Shown in pieces: positions 51,175 through 61,760 of a stretch of 64,000 nucleotides of DNA (positions are counted from its first letter, which is position 1; every line of letters starts with the position of its first letter). Source of the stretch: Lama glama (taxonomy: Eukaryota); NCBI GenBank assembly GCA_028534125.1, contig CM052817.1:6264001-6328000 (forward strand), given 5' to 3'. The notes below the pieces were generated by a model. The model saw nothing but the letters and a program-made list of their open reading frames with translations, did not search any database and was not told the DNA's origin. The position numbers and the translations under genes are program-made.

Positions 51175-51395
51175 ATAAAACACATTATGTTTTGGGCTCC
51201 ATGATTTATACGCATTTTATTATTTTACATAACAACTCAATGAAGTGGTTGATTAAACAAACAACAGTCAACAAGCTGTTATAGAGAAACACGTTTCCTT
51301 CTTCAAAATCATGCAACCCGTAGAAGAGATGCTGGAAACTGGGACTCATGTCTGTCATGACCTCAAGCCTGGAGTTAACCTCCGTAATGTACTCT
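51175..51395 (-). mobile_element. Degraded MIR SINE
   Basis: cataacaactcaatgaagtgg and gctggaaactgggactcatgtctgtcatgacctcaagcc resemble the MIR sequence gctgggatttgaacccaggtctgtctgactccaaagcc. Confidence 0.55.
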
Positions 51396-51459
51396 ACATA
51401 TGTCATAGGCCATATTTTAGGGCACCTGAAATCTTTTATAAAAAGAAGTGGACTATATA

Positions 51460-51915
51460 TCATGGTGGGGAATGGGGGTTATGGAGCTGCCCTGCTTGGA
51501 ATCCCTTTTGCAGAATTACTACAGGAAACATAAATGACCTTCAGCCCAAGATGCTGCACCTTTACACCCACCCCAGGTGGATGCAAGAATATCAAGGCCA
51601 CACTTCCCTTGGGCCGCTTGTGGCCAACAACTGAGTGGCAGGGTTACCAGAGCAGGCCCATTCCCACCCCATGATGGGAATTCTTCCAAAGGGTTACCCT
51701 GACTTAGAGACAGCTTACTGGCCCAGCTGAGACTTTCTCCTATTTCGGTGTGATCTGAGGCTCTTTGTCTCCAGTCCTTCTGCCCCTTTCTCCTTTCACA
51801 GCTATCAGATCAGCACTGAGGTCTGCGGCTCTCCCTTCCTACTCTTGTTGCTTCCTCTTTATTTTTCACGGCATTTCTCCCAACAAGTCTCTTGTACTTC
51901 TAAGCTCATCTTTAC
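51460..51915 (+). mobile_element. LTR40-type (ERVL) solo LTR
   Basis: tctgaggctctt...ttcacagctatcagatcagca...ggtctgcggctctccc...ttcacggcatttctcccaacaagtctcttg. Confidence 0.7.
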
Positions 51916-52498
51916 ACCAAAGAGAATGAGAGACAGAATAATAGAAAATAAGTTTATTCACTTTTCAACGTATTGAATGCAATCCCAGAGCTAACTTAGT
52001 GCCTGTGACTCATTCAGTGCTCAACAAGCACTTGTTGGATAAATGCCGCCTATGTTCAAGTCAGCCTGTAATACTGAAGTTGCAGGGGATGTGTGGTAAC
52101 AGGTAACTGAGACAGGAGGCAAGATGTTAAAAAGGTTTGTGATAAGAGAAGAATGAAGAGTGCTTTGGTTGTAGAAGATTAAACTGGAGAAACCAGCACA
52201 TAGCTTCATGGAGAGGGAAGCCTTCAACGTGATTTTAAAGGGCATGTAAAGTTTCCACGAGTGAAGGAAACTGAAATTAATAAAGCTACAGAAACAGTGT
52301 GAGAAAAGCAGAGAAGTATGTTCTATGACATGGCTTATGCTGGACAAGTGGTTAATGACACATGATTGGTGTAGCTTTCTAGAGTGCCGAAGGGGAGCAG
52401 GATAGAGTGGGACACTTGGGAAAGAGTTTGTGCTTGAGTATGTGAGGTCACACTCTTTGAATGGTGGAGAAATGTGAATAAAGACAGTTGTCCTGTAA

Positions 52499-52832
52499 CA
52501 GTGCTGTCAATAGGAGTACAATGCCAGCTACAAACCTGAGCCATATATGCCATTTGAAAATTTCCAGTAGATGCATAAACATCTATAAAGAAGTAGGTGA
52601 AATTAATTTAATACTATCTTTTACGTTATCAGATATATTCAAAATATTATCACTTCATCATGTAATCAATATAAAAATTGTGAGATATTTTGCATTATTT
52701 TTTCTTACTAGATCTTCAAACTCAGGTGTGCATTTTATACTTACAGTCCATCTGTAACCATGCATCTCAGTTCAACCACATTCAAGTGCTCAGGGTCCAT
52801 TTGTGTCTGGTGGATACTTACTGAGCATCCTG
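52499..52832 (+). mobile_element. MER33-type hAT-Charlie MITE
   Basis: cagtgctgtcaatag, aggtgaaattaattt, caaaatattatcacttca.catgtaatcaatataaaaatt, ggtgtgcattttatacttacag. Strand is tentative. Confidence 0.85.
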
Positions 52833-53912
52833 GCTCTATAATCGCCAACAAACAAAAAGTTGGAATGTCCATCCTAACAAAACATTTTAGAGAATTCACA
52901 CCTGGGAGAGGGAGCACTTCGTGAAGACATCCGAAAGAACTCCCCAGGTCATGGGACAATGCCAAGTCCTCCTGCTTGGGGGGTGTTGCTTGAGAGCACA
53001 GACTTTAAGAGGATTGGCTTTGAATAATCCAGCCCTTGCAATGGCTAAGTGTGTACCTGTGAGCACATATCAGGGCTCTTTCAGTCTCAGCAGCTTTGGG
53101 TATATGATGGTGATAAGACCATCCAGCTCTTCAATCTCTGTTCTTCTTTCCCTGTAAATTTATTGTTCTGTGTGCCTTGCATCGTTAATTTAACTCACCT
53201 AACAACCCCATGAGGTAGGTAGCACTATTATCTCTCTCGCCCAGGGTCACCCAGTGAGTAAGTGATGGAGTCAAGATTCAGAGCCTGGCCATTCAGCTCC
53301 AGAGTCCAAGTTCTTAGTGTTCTATCATGCTGGATCCCTAACCAGGCTTGGAGACCCCAAATTATAAACAACAACAACAAGCAAACAACGAGAAAACTGA
53401 GTGCCCAGAAGACAAGCAATTCTTTGCCTTCTGGGATGACTCTGTATGCAACAGAGTTGAGTTCTGTAAAAGAATTTATGTAAAATGAACTCTATTATCC
53501 TCCCTCTGATATAACCTCATTGTTTGACAGGCTTGGAATTCATTTCTGTCCATATAGAGTTTTAAAAAATTATATTCTTTAACATTTTATAGCACTGAAC
53601 AGTTGAACAAGCACTCTTACATGTAGTAACACTTCCAATCACTAAGAGGGAGAAGTTATTAATTTTCTTTTCTGGAAAGCAAGGAGAAGTTTTAGAGTGG
53701 CAGAGAGACTTGTCCACAGTCATAAAGTAAGTGGTCTCGAAGCAAGTTCTCTGAATTCAAGCTGCCAATCTTCCTTGCCATTTTTAGACCTGTTTATAAA
53801 GCACACACACTTGAATGAATATTGTACAGATTATTGTTTGAAAGAGCTGCATGTCTGTGTACAGGCACTCTGCCCTTGACATTTCTTCTTCTTCAACAAT
53901 AACTATTCCCAT

Positions 53913-54707
53913 TCTTATAGGTTAATTTATCTCCTACCAAGGGATGTTGAAATCCTAACCCCTGGTACCTGTGATGTGATCTTATTGAGAAATAGGGTCT
54001 TTGCAGTTGAGCAAGTCAAGATGAAGTCATTAGGTTGGAGGACATTAATCCAACATGACTGATGTTCTTATAAAAAGGGGAAATCTTGGCAAAGAGACAG
54101 GCACATATAGAAGGCAGAGAATGTAAAGACAGGAGAAAGATGACTATATACAAACCCAGGAACACCTGAGGCTCCCAGAAGCTAGGAGAAGGGCATGGAA
54201 CAGACTCCCTCACAGCTCCCAGAAGGAACCAACCCTGCTGTCTTTGCAAGTTTGGGATGCTGTAACAAAGTACCCTAGACCAGGTGGCTTACAAACATGA
54301 GAGATAAATTTCCCACAGACCTGGATGTCCAAGCTCAGGGTGCCAGCATGACCAGATTCTGGTGAGAATCCTCTCTCAGTTTGCAGGCTTCTGACTTCTC
54401 TCTCTCCCCTCACATGGTGGAAGAGAGCAAGATAACTTTCTGAGGTTCCTTTTATAACAGCACTAATTCCATCCATGGGGGCTCCATGCTTATAACCTAA
54501 TTACCTCCCAAAGGCCTCTCCTCCAAATGCCATCTCACTAGGGTTTAGGATTCCAACATATGATTTCTGGGGTGATGCAAACTTTCATGACACTTGCCAA
54601 TACCTCGATTCGCACTTCTGGTCTCAAGAGCTGTGAGACACTGAATGCCTGTTGTTTAAGCCAGAACGTTAGTGGTGTTGTCTACAGCAGTCCTGGACAC
54701 AGATACA
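53913..54707 (+). mobile_element. MLT1C-type LTR hosting a nested MaLR LTR
   Basis: The two halves rejoin as agaaggaaccaaccctgc|caatacctcgatt, matching the MLT1C consensus phrase. Confidence 0.88.
54239..54592 (-). mobile_element. MLT1A/MST-type LTR nested in MLT1C
   Basis: TG...CA termini. TSD cctgc/cttgc. Contains cctaattacctcccaaaggcc. Confidence 0.88.
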
Positions 54708-55888
54708 CCCATGACCCCACAACAGTCTCTCTGAGCTCCAATGTGATCTCCTTAAAGAGGTCTTTCCAGAATGTTGCCTGAGATCATGGGGACTCATCAC
54801 TGTGGATCATTTCACCTGATTCTTTCCATCCTTATCAAATTTCTGAAAAAAAAATTGTTTAATTTTTCATACAAAGTCCATCTACCTAAATTAGGACATC
54901 AGCTCTGTGAAGGTAAATACCTCATCTGTCTTGCTCTTTGAGAGTGCTTGTCATAAAGTGCAAATAAACATTCACTGATTAGTAAGAAAGTGGGGATGGG
55001 GAAGACAGGCAGGCAGGAGGGAAGGGATGAGGAAGGAAGAAAAGAGATCACATATGGAGCTGGATCTTCCTTCTGTGAAAGTGCTTTGTGCATTTTGAAG
55101 AAGGATGCAGATATTAGAGACACTGTCATCATAATTATTATATTTTTCTTTGTGCTTGAACCTGTTTGTAAAACATTATTATCTAGATTTTAGAAACTGG
55201 TTGAAGAAATTGCTGCTTCCTTGGGTATGTTTGTCCACAGTGTTATTCCATCTTCAATGGCTGATCCTTTTGAATTTGAAGTGTACCAATTCCAGGTTCT
55301 CCTAAAAATAAATATTTGCCTTATTAGCATGCTTGCTCATTTACTAATTGCTTTTCTTAAATACCAGAGCCTCTTCTACAGATGAGGTTTGTGTAACCTT
55401 TATCGAGCTCACTTTACTTCTAATTACATGTGTTCTTCATTTGCAACTAAAAGTAACTCTTGTCACCATTCCTGTCAAATTTGATTCATGACATCTTAAT
55501 TATTATAATTTCTTCTCCCTGCAATAGTAGCAAAAGCGTCCAATATATTTTTGTTAGGCCAATTCCTCATTCAAAGAAATGGCAATTTGGATTTTAAGGA
55601 AGCATATTTTTAGATGAGGCCCCTTTGTTTGCTCTTTCAACAGTTGAATCTTCTTCATTCCTTTCTCATTGGGAGCTGATTCGTGTTAGGTTAGGGTGCT
55701 ATTATTGTGCAGTGAAAAGAGAAGCTGAATCAGCCATCAGAAACTCGATCCAATCTCAAAATCCGTGGTGTGTTCCTACTATAGGACTGTGAATAAGTTA
55801 CTTAAATTTTCTAAACTGTTGGTTCGTTATCTTTAAGATGGACTCAGTGACGTCACATATCTGAGAGTAGACCAACTGAGATGACTTT

Positions 55889-56089
55889 ATTTATTTGTTT
55901 GTTTATTTATTTATTTTGTTTTCTAAAAATTGTTTTTGTTTTTGCTTGTTTGGGGGGAGGAGGAGGTCATTTGGTTTATTTATTTACTTATTGTTGTTAT
56001 TTTTTATTTAATGCAGGTACTGGGGATGGAACCCATGGCCTCGTGCATGCTAAGCATGTGCTCTGCCACTGAGCTATAGCCTCCCCCTT
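55889..56089 (-). mobile_element. Vic-1-like camelid tRNA-derived SINE (long-tail form)
   Basis: Reverse complement of gggggaggctatagctcagtggcagagcacatgcttagcatgcacgaggcc...ttccatccccagtacc. TSD gatgacttt at 55880-55888 and 56092-56100. Confidence 0.92.
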
Positions 56090-56422
56090 AGGATGACTTT
56101 CAATGCACATGAACATCCCACATGAACTGCAGGATTTTCAGAAAATGACAACTGCTTACTTTGTGCTGTTTTCTTCTTTATCTAAATCTCCTTTTATTAC
56201 CTCTTTGATTCCATCTTGTGAGATTAGGAGAGCAGGAGAAAGGATGGGAGACAGGGAGAGAGAGAAGTAGAGAGAGAGAGATCCTTCTCCAAATCTGTCC
56301 CATCTCCCGACTTCTCACCCTAGAGCAGAGAGGAGGTCAACAGCTTCTCGGTTTCCTTTTTCTTTTTGTTTTCAGGTGGATGTGGCTTTGGTAGGAAGCA
56401 AGAAGTTATTGTAATTCTTGCA

Positions 56423-56463
56423 TGTGTGTGTGTGTGTTTGTATGTGTGTGTGTGTGTGTGTGT
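56423..56463. repeat. (TG)n microsatellite
   Basis: Direct reading of the sequence. Confidence 0.95.
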
Positions 56464-57144
56464 TGGGTTCAGAGTGTAGAGAATAAAACAAGATAATTGC
56501 ATCAGTTCTCTGGCTTTGTCACCAAGTAGCTCAGAAACCTCAGAAAGAGTGATTCAACTTCTTATGTCCTCTGTCTCTTTATTTGAAAAACAAAAAGACT
56601 CACAAGATGAGAAGAGACTTATGTAATGGAGGTTTGTGGTTCATAATCCACTCCACTTGAAAGTATGCAATTTATCTTGTTATAAATTTTGTTGAACCTT
56701 TTTTAGTTGCAGGCGTTGGGAATTTTGGGGTCCTACAGATTTGCAGGGTTTCTTTTCCTTGCTCTCACTGGGGCTTGAGCATTTTTGTTGCATGGGAGGC
56801 ATTTTTGATGCTGGAGCACTAACGGATCAGGTAGGGCCTGAGGGACAGGGAACAGGAATTACTGCTCCTTTGAAGTGGAGGTAATGATGCTTGACTTGCA
56901 GTATTTTGTGAGCAGTGAGGAAGATCCTACCCCCTGGAGCCTCTTAATTCATGCATCAGTCAACACATATTTGCTGCCAGTTCCTTGGCTGGTGGGCTTT
57001 ATTCCACAACACTTTTGCTCACCTGCTTGCCTCTATTTCTTTTGGAGAGTATATGGAGCTAAAAATTAGTAGTGCAGCCGCCACCTCAGGAGACCTCCAA
57101 AGACCTCCAGTCTGACTTTACTTTCTGTCGAGTAATACAGCACT

Positions 57145-57560
57145 TGTGATGTGCTGTATTTCTTCTATTTCTCCCTCCACTTTCTTGCCACACTTGTCCA
57201 TCTTCTGAGGGCCCTGAGACCACCCTGCATGCACCACATCCCCGAGCCTCTTTGCTTTCCAGCTTCTGGGCAGCCCAGTCAAAAGGCAGTGAGGATCAAG
57301 GCTGGATGGAGCCAAGGACTAGGTTGGTTATTTTTCACTTAGTTTCCTTCCTGTGTGGTCACTCTTCTGACCAGGAACTACTATTCTTATCAGGCAGACC
57401 CCTCCACACAGCTGCCCCTCCATCTGGGTCCTGGGATCTACTCCCTCCTCTGGCTCCTTCAAGCCTTGGAGTGTCAACACCCCTTCCCACTGCCCATGAC
57501 CTTGCACTTTCCTTAAAAGCTGCACATCACTTTGTAAATTGTTTATTAACTGAGTGGTTA
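57145..57560 (+). mobile_element. LTR33-type (ERVL) solo LTR
   Basis: gaccaccctgcatgcaccacatc...tttgctttccagcttctg, tcaggcagacccctccacacagct, ctttgtaaattgtttatta. Confidence 0.7.
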
Positions 57561-57614
57561 ATTACACATACCACACTCTGTACCATTGTTGTTGCCTGTG
57601 ATGACTCTGACTGG

Positions 57615-58000
57615 TGGAGAGAACTATCCACTATCACATGTCCATTTTCCTTTCCCACAATGCAGAATCATTGCTGGAAAAATGATTCCTGGTCAAAGGG
57701 CATCCTTTCTGGACCCTTTGACCCAACATGGGTCACAGGACTAGTTTGGGCTGATTGGAAGGTGAACTGAAATGAGGGGTGCTTCGTGGTGCATCCTCAC
57801 AGTCCGATCTACTTCCGGGGCAGTCCTGGAGGCTTCTGCTTGAAGGCGGAGTTGTTGCAAGATGTGGAAAGAGGCTCCATTCCAGAGTCACTGATGAAGG
57901 AGAGCCCACTAACGTGGAAAACGAATATGACATAAACTTTTAATATGATAAGCCACTGAACCTGCACATTCTTTCATCGGTTAGCCTAATATGAGTAATA
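57615..58000 (+). mobile_element. MLT1I/J-type MaLR LTR
   Basis: gggtcacaggactagtt, ataaacttttaatatgataagccactga. Confidence 0.6.
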
Positions 58001-58142
58001 GAAGTTACTGTTTAGGTATTTCAAATACATTATTTCTAATCTTCAAGATACATCTTTAATCCGAGCATCATTGCTACTGTTTTACAGATGAGGAAATGAA
58101 GATACAGCAAATTAAACCTCTGAGGTCACACAGCAAAGGACC

Positions 58143-58528
58143 TGTGATGGGCTGACCTGTGCACCCCACCCCCACATCAGATGTTGAAGTTTTACCCTCA
58201 GCACCTTAGAATATGACTATACTTGGAAATAAAATCTTTAAAGAGGTAATTGTGCTAAAAGAAAGGAAATCATTAAGGTGAGCCCTAGGTCAGTATGACT
58301 GGTGCCCTTATAAGAAGAGGAGATATGGACACAGGCACGCACATAGCAAGGACACTGGCAGAAGGTAGTCCCCTACAAACCAAGGAGACGGGCCTCAGAA
58401 GAAACCAACCCCACACGACTGCTTGATCTAAGAACTCTAGCTTTCAGAACTGTGAGGAAATGCACTTCTGTAGTTTAAACCATCCAGTCTGTGGTTCTTT
58501 GTTGTGACAACCTCAGCAAACCAGTACA
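58143..58528 (+). mobile_element. MLT1B-type MaLR solo LTR
   Basis: tctttaaagaggtaatt, tatgactggtgcccttataagaagaggaga, ggcctcagaagaaaccaaccc. TG...CA termini. Confidence 0.9.
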
Positions 58529-59444
58529 GTGTTATTACTGAGCTGAAACCTTGCACGTTCCTGCTGCCCTGATCCCTGGAACCCAGTTCTAGCCTCAGCC
58601 CTGGATCCTGTGCTTTTCAGCACAGATTGGTGTGAAGGAGAAAGCTGGGTCAAGTTGTTAAGTCCGCTGACATGAAGTGTTGAGGGTCCCCATCTCCTTT
58701 TGTCCACTCCCGCCACTTTCTCTACCAGCGCTCTTTCTGTTTTACCCTGGGGTGATATTTCAGTGAGCTGGTTCAGTCCCTGTCCCCACCTACATCTTTC
58801 AGAGTGGGAACTGGAGTTCTGAGAGGCAAAGCAACTATTCTGACGCATCAGCTTCACGGTCTGCGTCCTCACTGTGCTGCAGAGGAAACGAGCCCACAGA
58901 GGCTCAGGGGCTTGGCCACGGACACCAGACATGAGGACTTTTGACCTTCACGCCATCCCTCTGCCCTTACAGAGCAGTCAGAGGCAAATTGTTCTGCAAA
59001 GGATGAGACCTTCTTCCAAGTGCTATGAATTATACAATATTTTCATATTAAAAATGATTCTGTGATATTTAGAGAAAGAATGGAACTGATATTGAGTGAT
59101 GAATGAACCTCTGCCAGATTCCAGGGGTGTAAATGAGCGTGGCTTTAATATGCCAAATAATACAGAGAGAAAACCCGCAGTCACTTCTCCACAGCGGGAG
59201 GGACGAGCATTGGGTCAGGAGCCTAACTGCTTTGTTTCCCAAGCAGCTCAGATTCTCAGTAACACTTGGATGAGCTCAGTAGCTGTCTTTGTTTTAATTC
59301 TGATTACACAGTTTTATGACTTCCAGTGGCATAAAAAGTCACCTACAACTGGAAACAGAGAGTCTGGGGTTAGGTTCTAGCTGTAGGACCTTGGACAGTT
59401 CCTTTCAGTTAACTGAGACTCAATTTTCTCTTCCACAAAATGGA

Positions 59445-59483
<39 letters not shown>

Positions 59484-59499
59484 TAATAATAATAATAAT
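59445..59499. repeat. (AAT)n microsatellite expanded inside a MIR
   Basis: Direct reading. Follows the MIR core-like caattttctcttccacaaaatgga. Confidence 0.95.
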
Positions 59500-61099
59500 A
59501 CCTATAGTGCAGGTTTGTTAAATGCCTAGTATAGCATTTGAGATATCACTCTCAATCCATGCATTTTAATTTCCTCTACCCTACACATCAAGTTCTCTTT
59601 CTCCACTATGTCTGTACATGATGCTTAGATTGTTTGACTCTCAAGGCAGTTTTCAGGGTTAAGTTAGGTTATATGTTTGCTGCAACTAGATTTTAAACTA
59701 TTCTTTGTATGTGATGTTCTAGTGCTGATTCTTCCAGTAATTACGTCTTAGATCTTTGTTCCTGAAAGTGGCTCCATAAATGCTTATTGAATTGAATCAT
59801 ATTAAATCAAACTCCCTTGTTTAAATTTTATGGTTTTACCGACCAAAGAAATCCACAAGTATTTTTCTGAATCAAAATGGTGAAGTTGTTAGCTTTTGTA
59901 TATTTAAAGAAAGAAAGAAAGACAACCAGAATATTGACATAAAATTGTAGTGCCTGCTATAGTTGGCAGATGGGCAGATTTGTCCATGGAAATATACATT
60001 GTAGACCCACCGTTTCCTAACATACAAATCATTGCACTGCTGGCATTCCCAAATAAATAATTTTTATTTCCCAAATTATTCTGCTTTCCATAAAATTGCA
60101 ATCATTTTAAGGAAAACCCACAGGAGAGCATTTTAAAATATTTTTTCTGAAAATGATCACTAAATGGTCCACATGAGTTCCAGGTGCAGATTTTCCATCA
60201 TTCCACCCTTTAATTAAGATAGCACAGTAATCAGACAAGAACATAAGGTGTGTCTTAATTTCAAAGTCACTAAAGAAGTGCTAGGAATGCAATGTCTGCT
60301 TCTGCCCCAGATTAAGCAACATGGTGATAGAAAAATGTCATTTGGATTTTCCAGGATTTTCTGAAAGAGCAAAACTACTTGTCTGGCTGAATGGGATACC
60401 TGATTCACAAGCTCTTAACTCCTTTGACTACTCCTTATATACATAGATCGGTTTATGGTTCACAAAGGACTTTTGAGCATGCTACTTTATGTCATTCTTA
60501 TAATAACTTGATGAGATACTTCAATCCTCATTTGATAGAGAAGAAAACTAAAAGTCAGAGAAGTTTGCTACGTGATAGGCTGGAAATCCAAAGTAAGTTT
60601 TTAATTCCCGGGCTCATGCTCTGTGAGATACACCATGACAGTTTTAAGCTACTAAAAGGCATCTAATACATGTTGTCTTATCCTCCCCACTCTTGGGTCT
60701 CTTCTCATGGACCCCCTAGTTTTGAGGAGAGAATAAAGCCTTGATTAATAATTAGCATCCTAGAAAGTGCTTCAGGTCTGGGGACCAAGGTTTTGGAGGG
60801 TGGAGTGTCTGACTTTTCTAAGTAAGCTGTTCTCTAATAAAAGGGAAAGTTCAGATTCTTCTATAAAGACATCATTTAAGTTAATTCAAGTCAACAAATA
60901 CTTGTGTGTGTGTCTGTGTCTGCTACGATCTCAGAGCGTGCTAGGATTAGGAACATAGCAAAGGGTAAGTCACCTTGCCTTTGACCTGTGGAGCCCAGTC
61001 AGCTCCTGAGTGAGGAGCCTTGGCTCTTTATAAGAATTGTCTCTGGAGTTTATGGGGAAATTAAACAAAACATGAAACAGAAAAAAAAAAGGAAAGTGT

Positions 61100-61216
61100 A
61101 TATTTTTAGCACTCCTCTGAATATGCAAATCACTAGGTCTGGAGGGACGTTCCAAGAAGCTGTATGATTTAAATGTCTCCAGGGATCTGAAAAGGAGCCA
61201 AGCTTGGGAACCACTA
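61100..61216. mobile_element. MER5A-like MITE fragment
   Basis: gaatatgcaaatcactaggtctgg...agccaagcttgggaaccact. Confidence 0.55.
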
Positions 61217-61264
61217 GAATATTGGAAAGGACATGGATTGTGAGCTTGAATTGGAATTCTGATG

Positions 61265-61760
61265 CAGCCTGAGTTATCCTGAAAGCTGAGCATTAGACAC
61301 AAGTTTAAGTGTGAGAGCTTTACTGGGACATGAGGTCCCAGGGGACAGGCAAGAAAAGTAGGAGAGAGAAGCAGGGAAGGAAGGAGGGAGAGCCAGTGCA
61401 AGGATATTCATGGAGTTGGCCACTGCCACGATGACTAGTTGCACAGTCCTGTGCTACAGTCCAAGAGGCCACATGAAATGAACCTTGGGACTCTCCACCT
61501 GGGGAAAGAGAAGGAAATCCTATTTATGCACTGGTTCTGTGACTCTTGATCAAAGGTTAGCCACAGCTTCACGTCCAGGTTGCACAGGCAGGATGCCCCA
61601 AGACCACAGAGAGGTCTGGGATGAAGGGGAAATGTGCTGGTCAAGGGCATGATGGAGATACCATGGGTCTGTGCCACCTTGAAGCTAGTCTGTCTAGGTG
61701 CAGAACTGAGGCAGCGCCAGCAATAAGAATGGATCAAAAGTGATGCCTAAGAGTTACCCA
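61265..61760 (-). mobile_element. LTR16-type (ERVL) LTR
   Basis: gacacaagtttaagtgtgagagctttactggga...tcccagggg...agcagggaaggaaggagggagagcca. Confidence 0.55.

Noticed and set aside
56350..56400. Strong polypyrimidine acceptor followed by a possible 15-nt microexon
   Set aside because: The donor (gtagga) is weak and there are no other exons to link it to.
57252..57770. Longest ORF in the window (172 aa)
   Set aside because: It spans LTR33-like and MLT1-like repeats, has no ATG start, no recognisable domain and no splice support.
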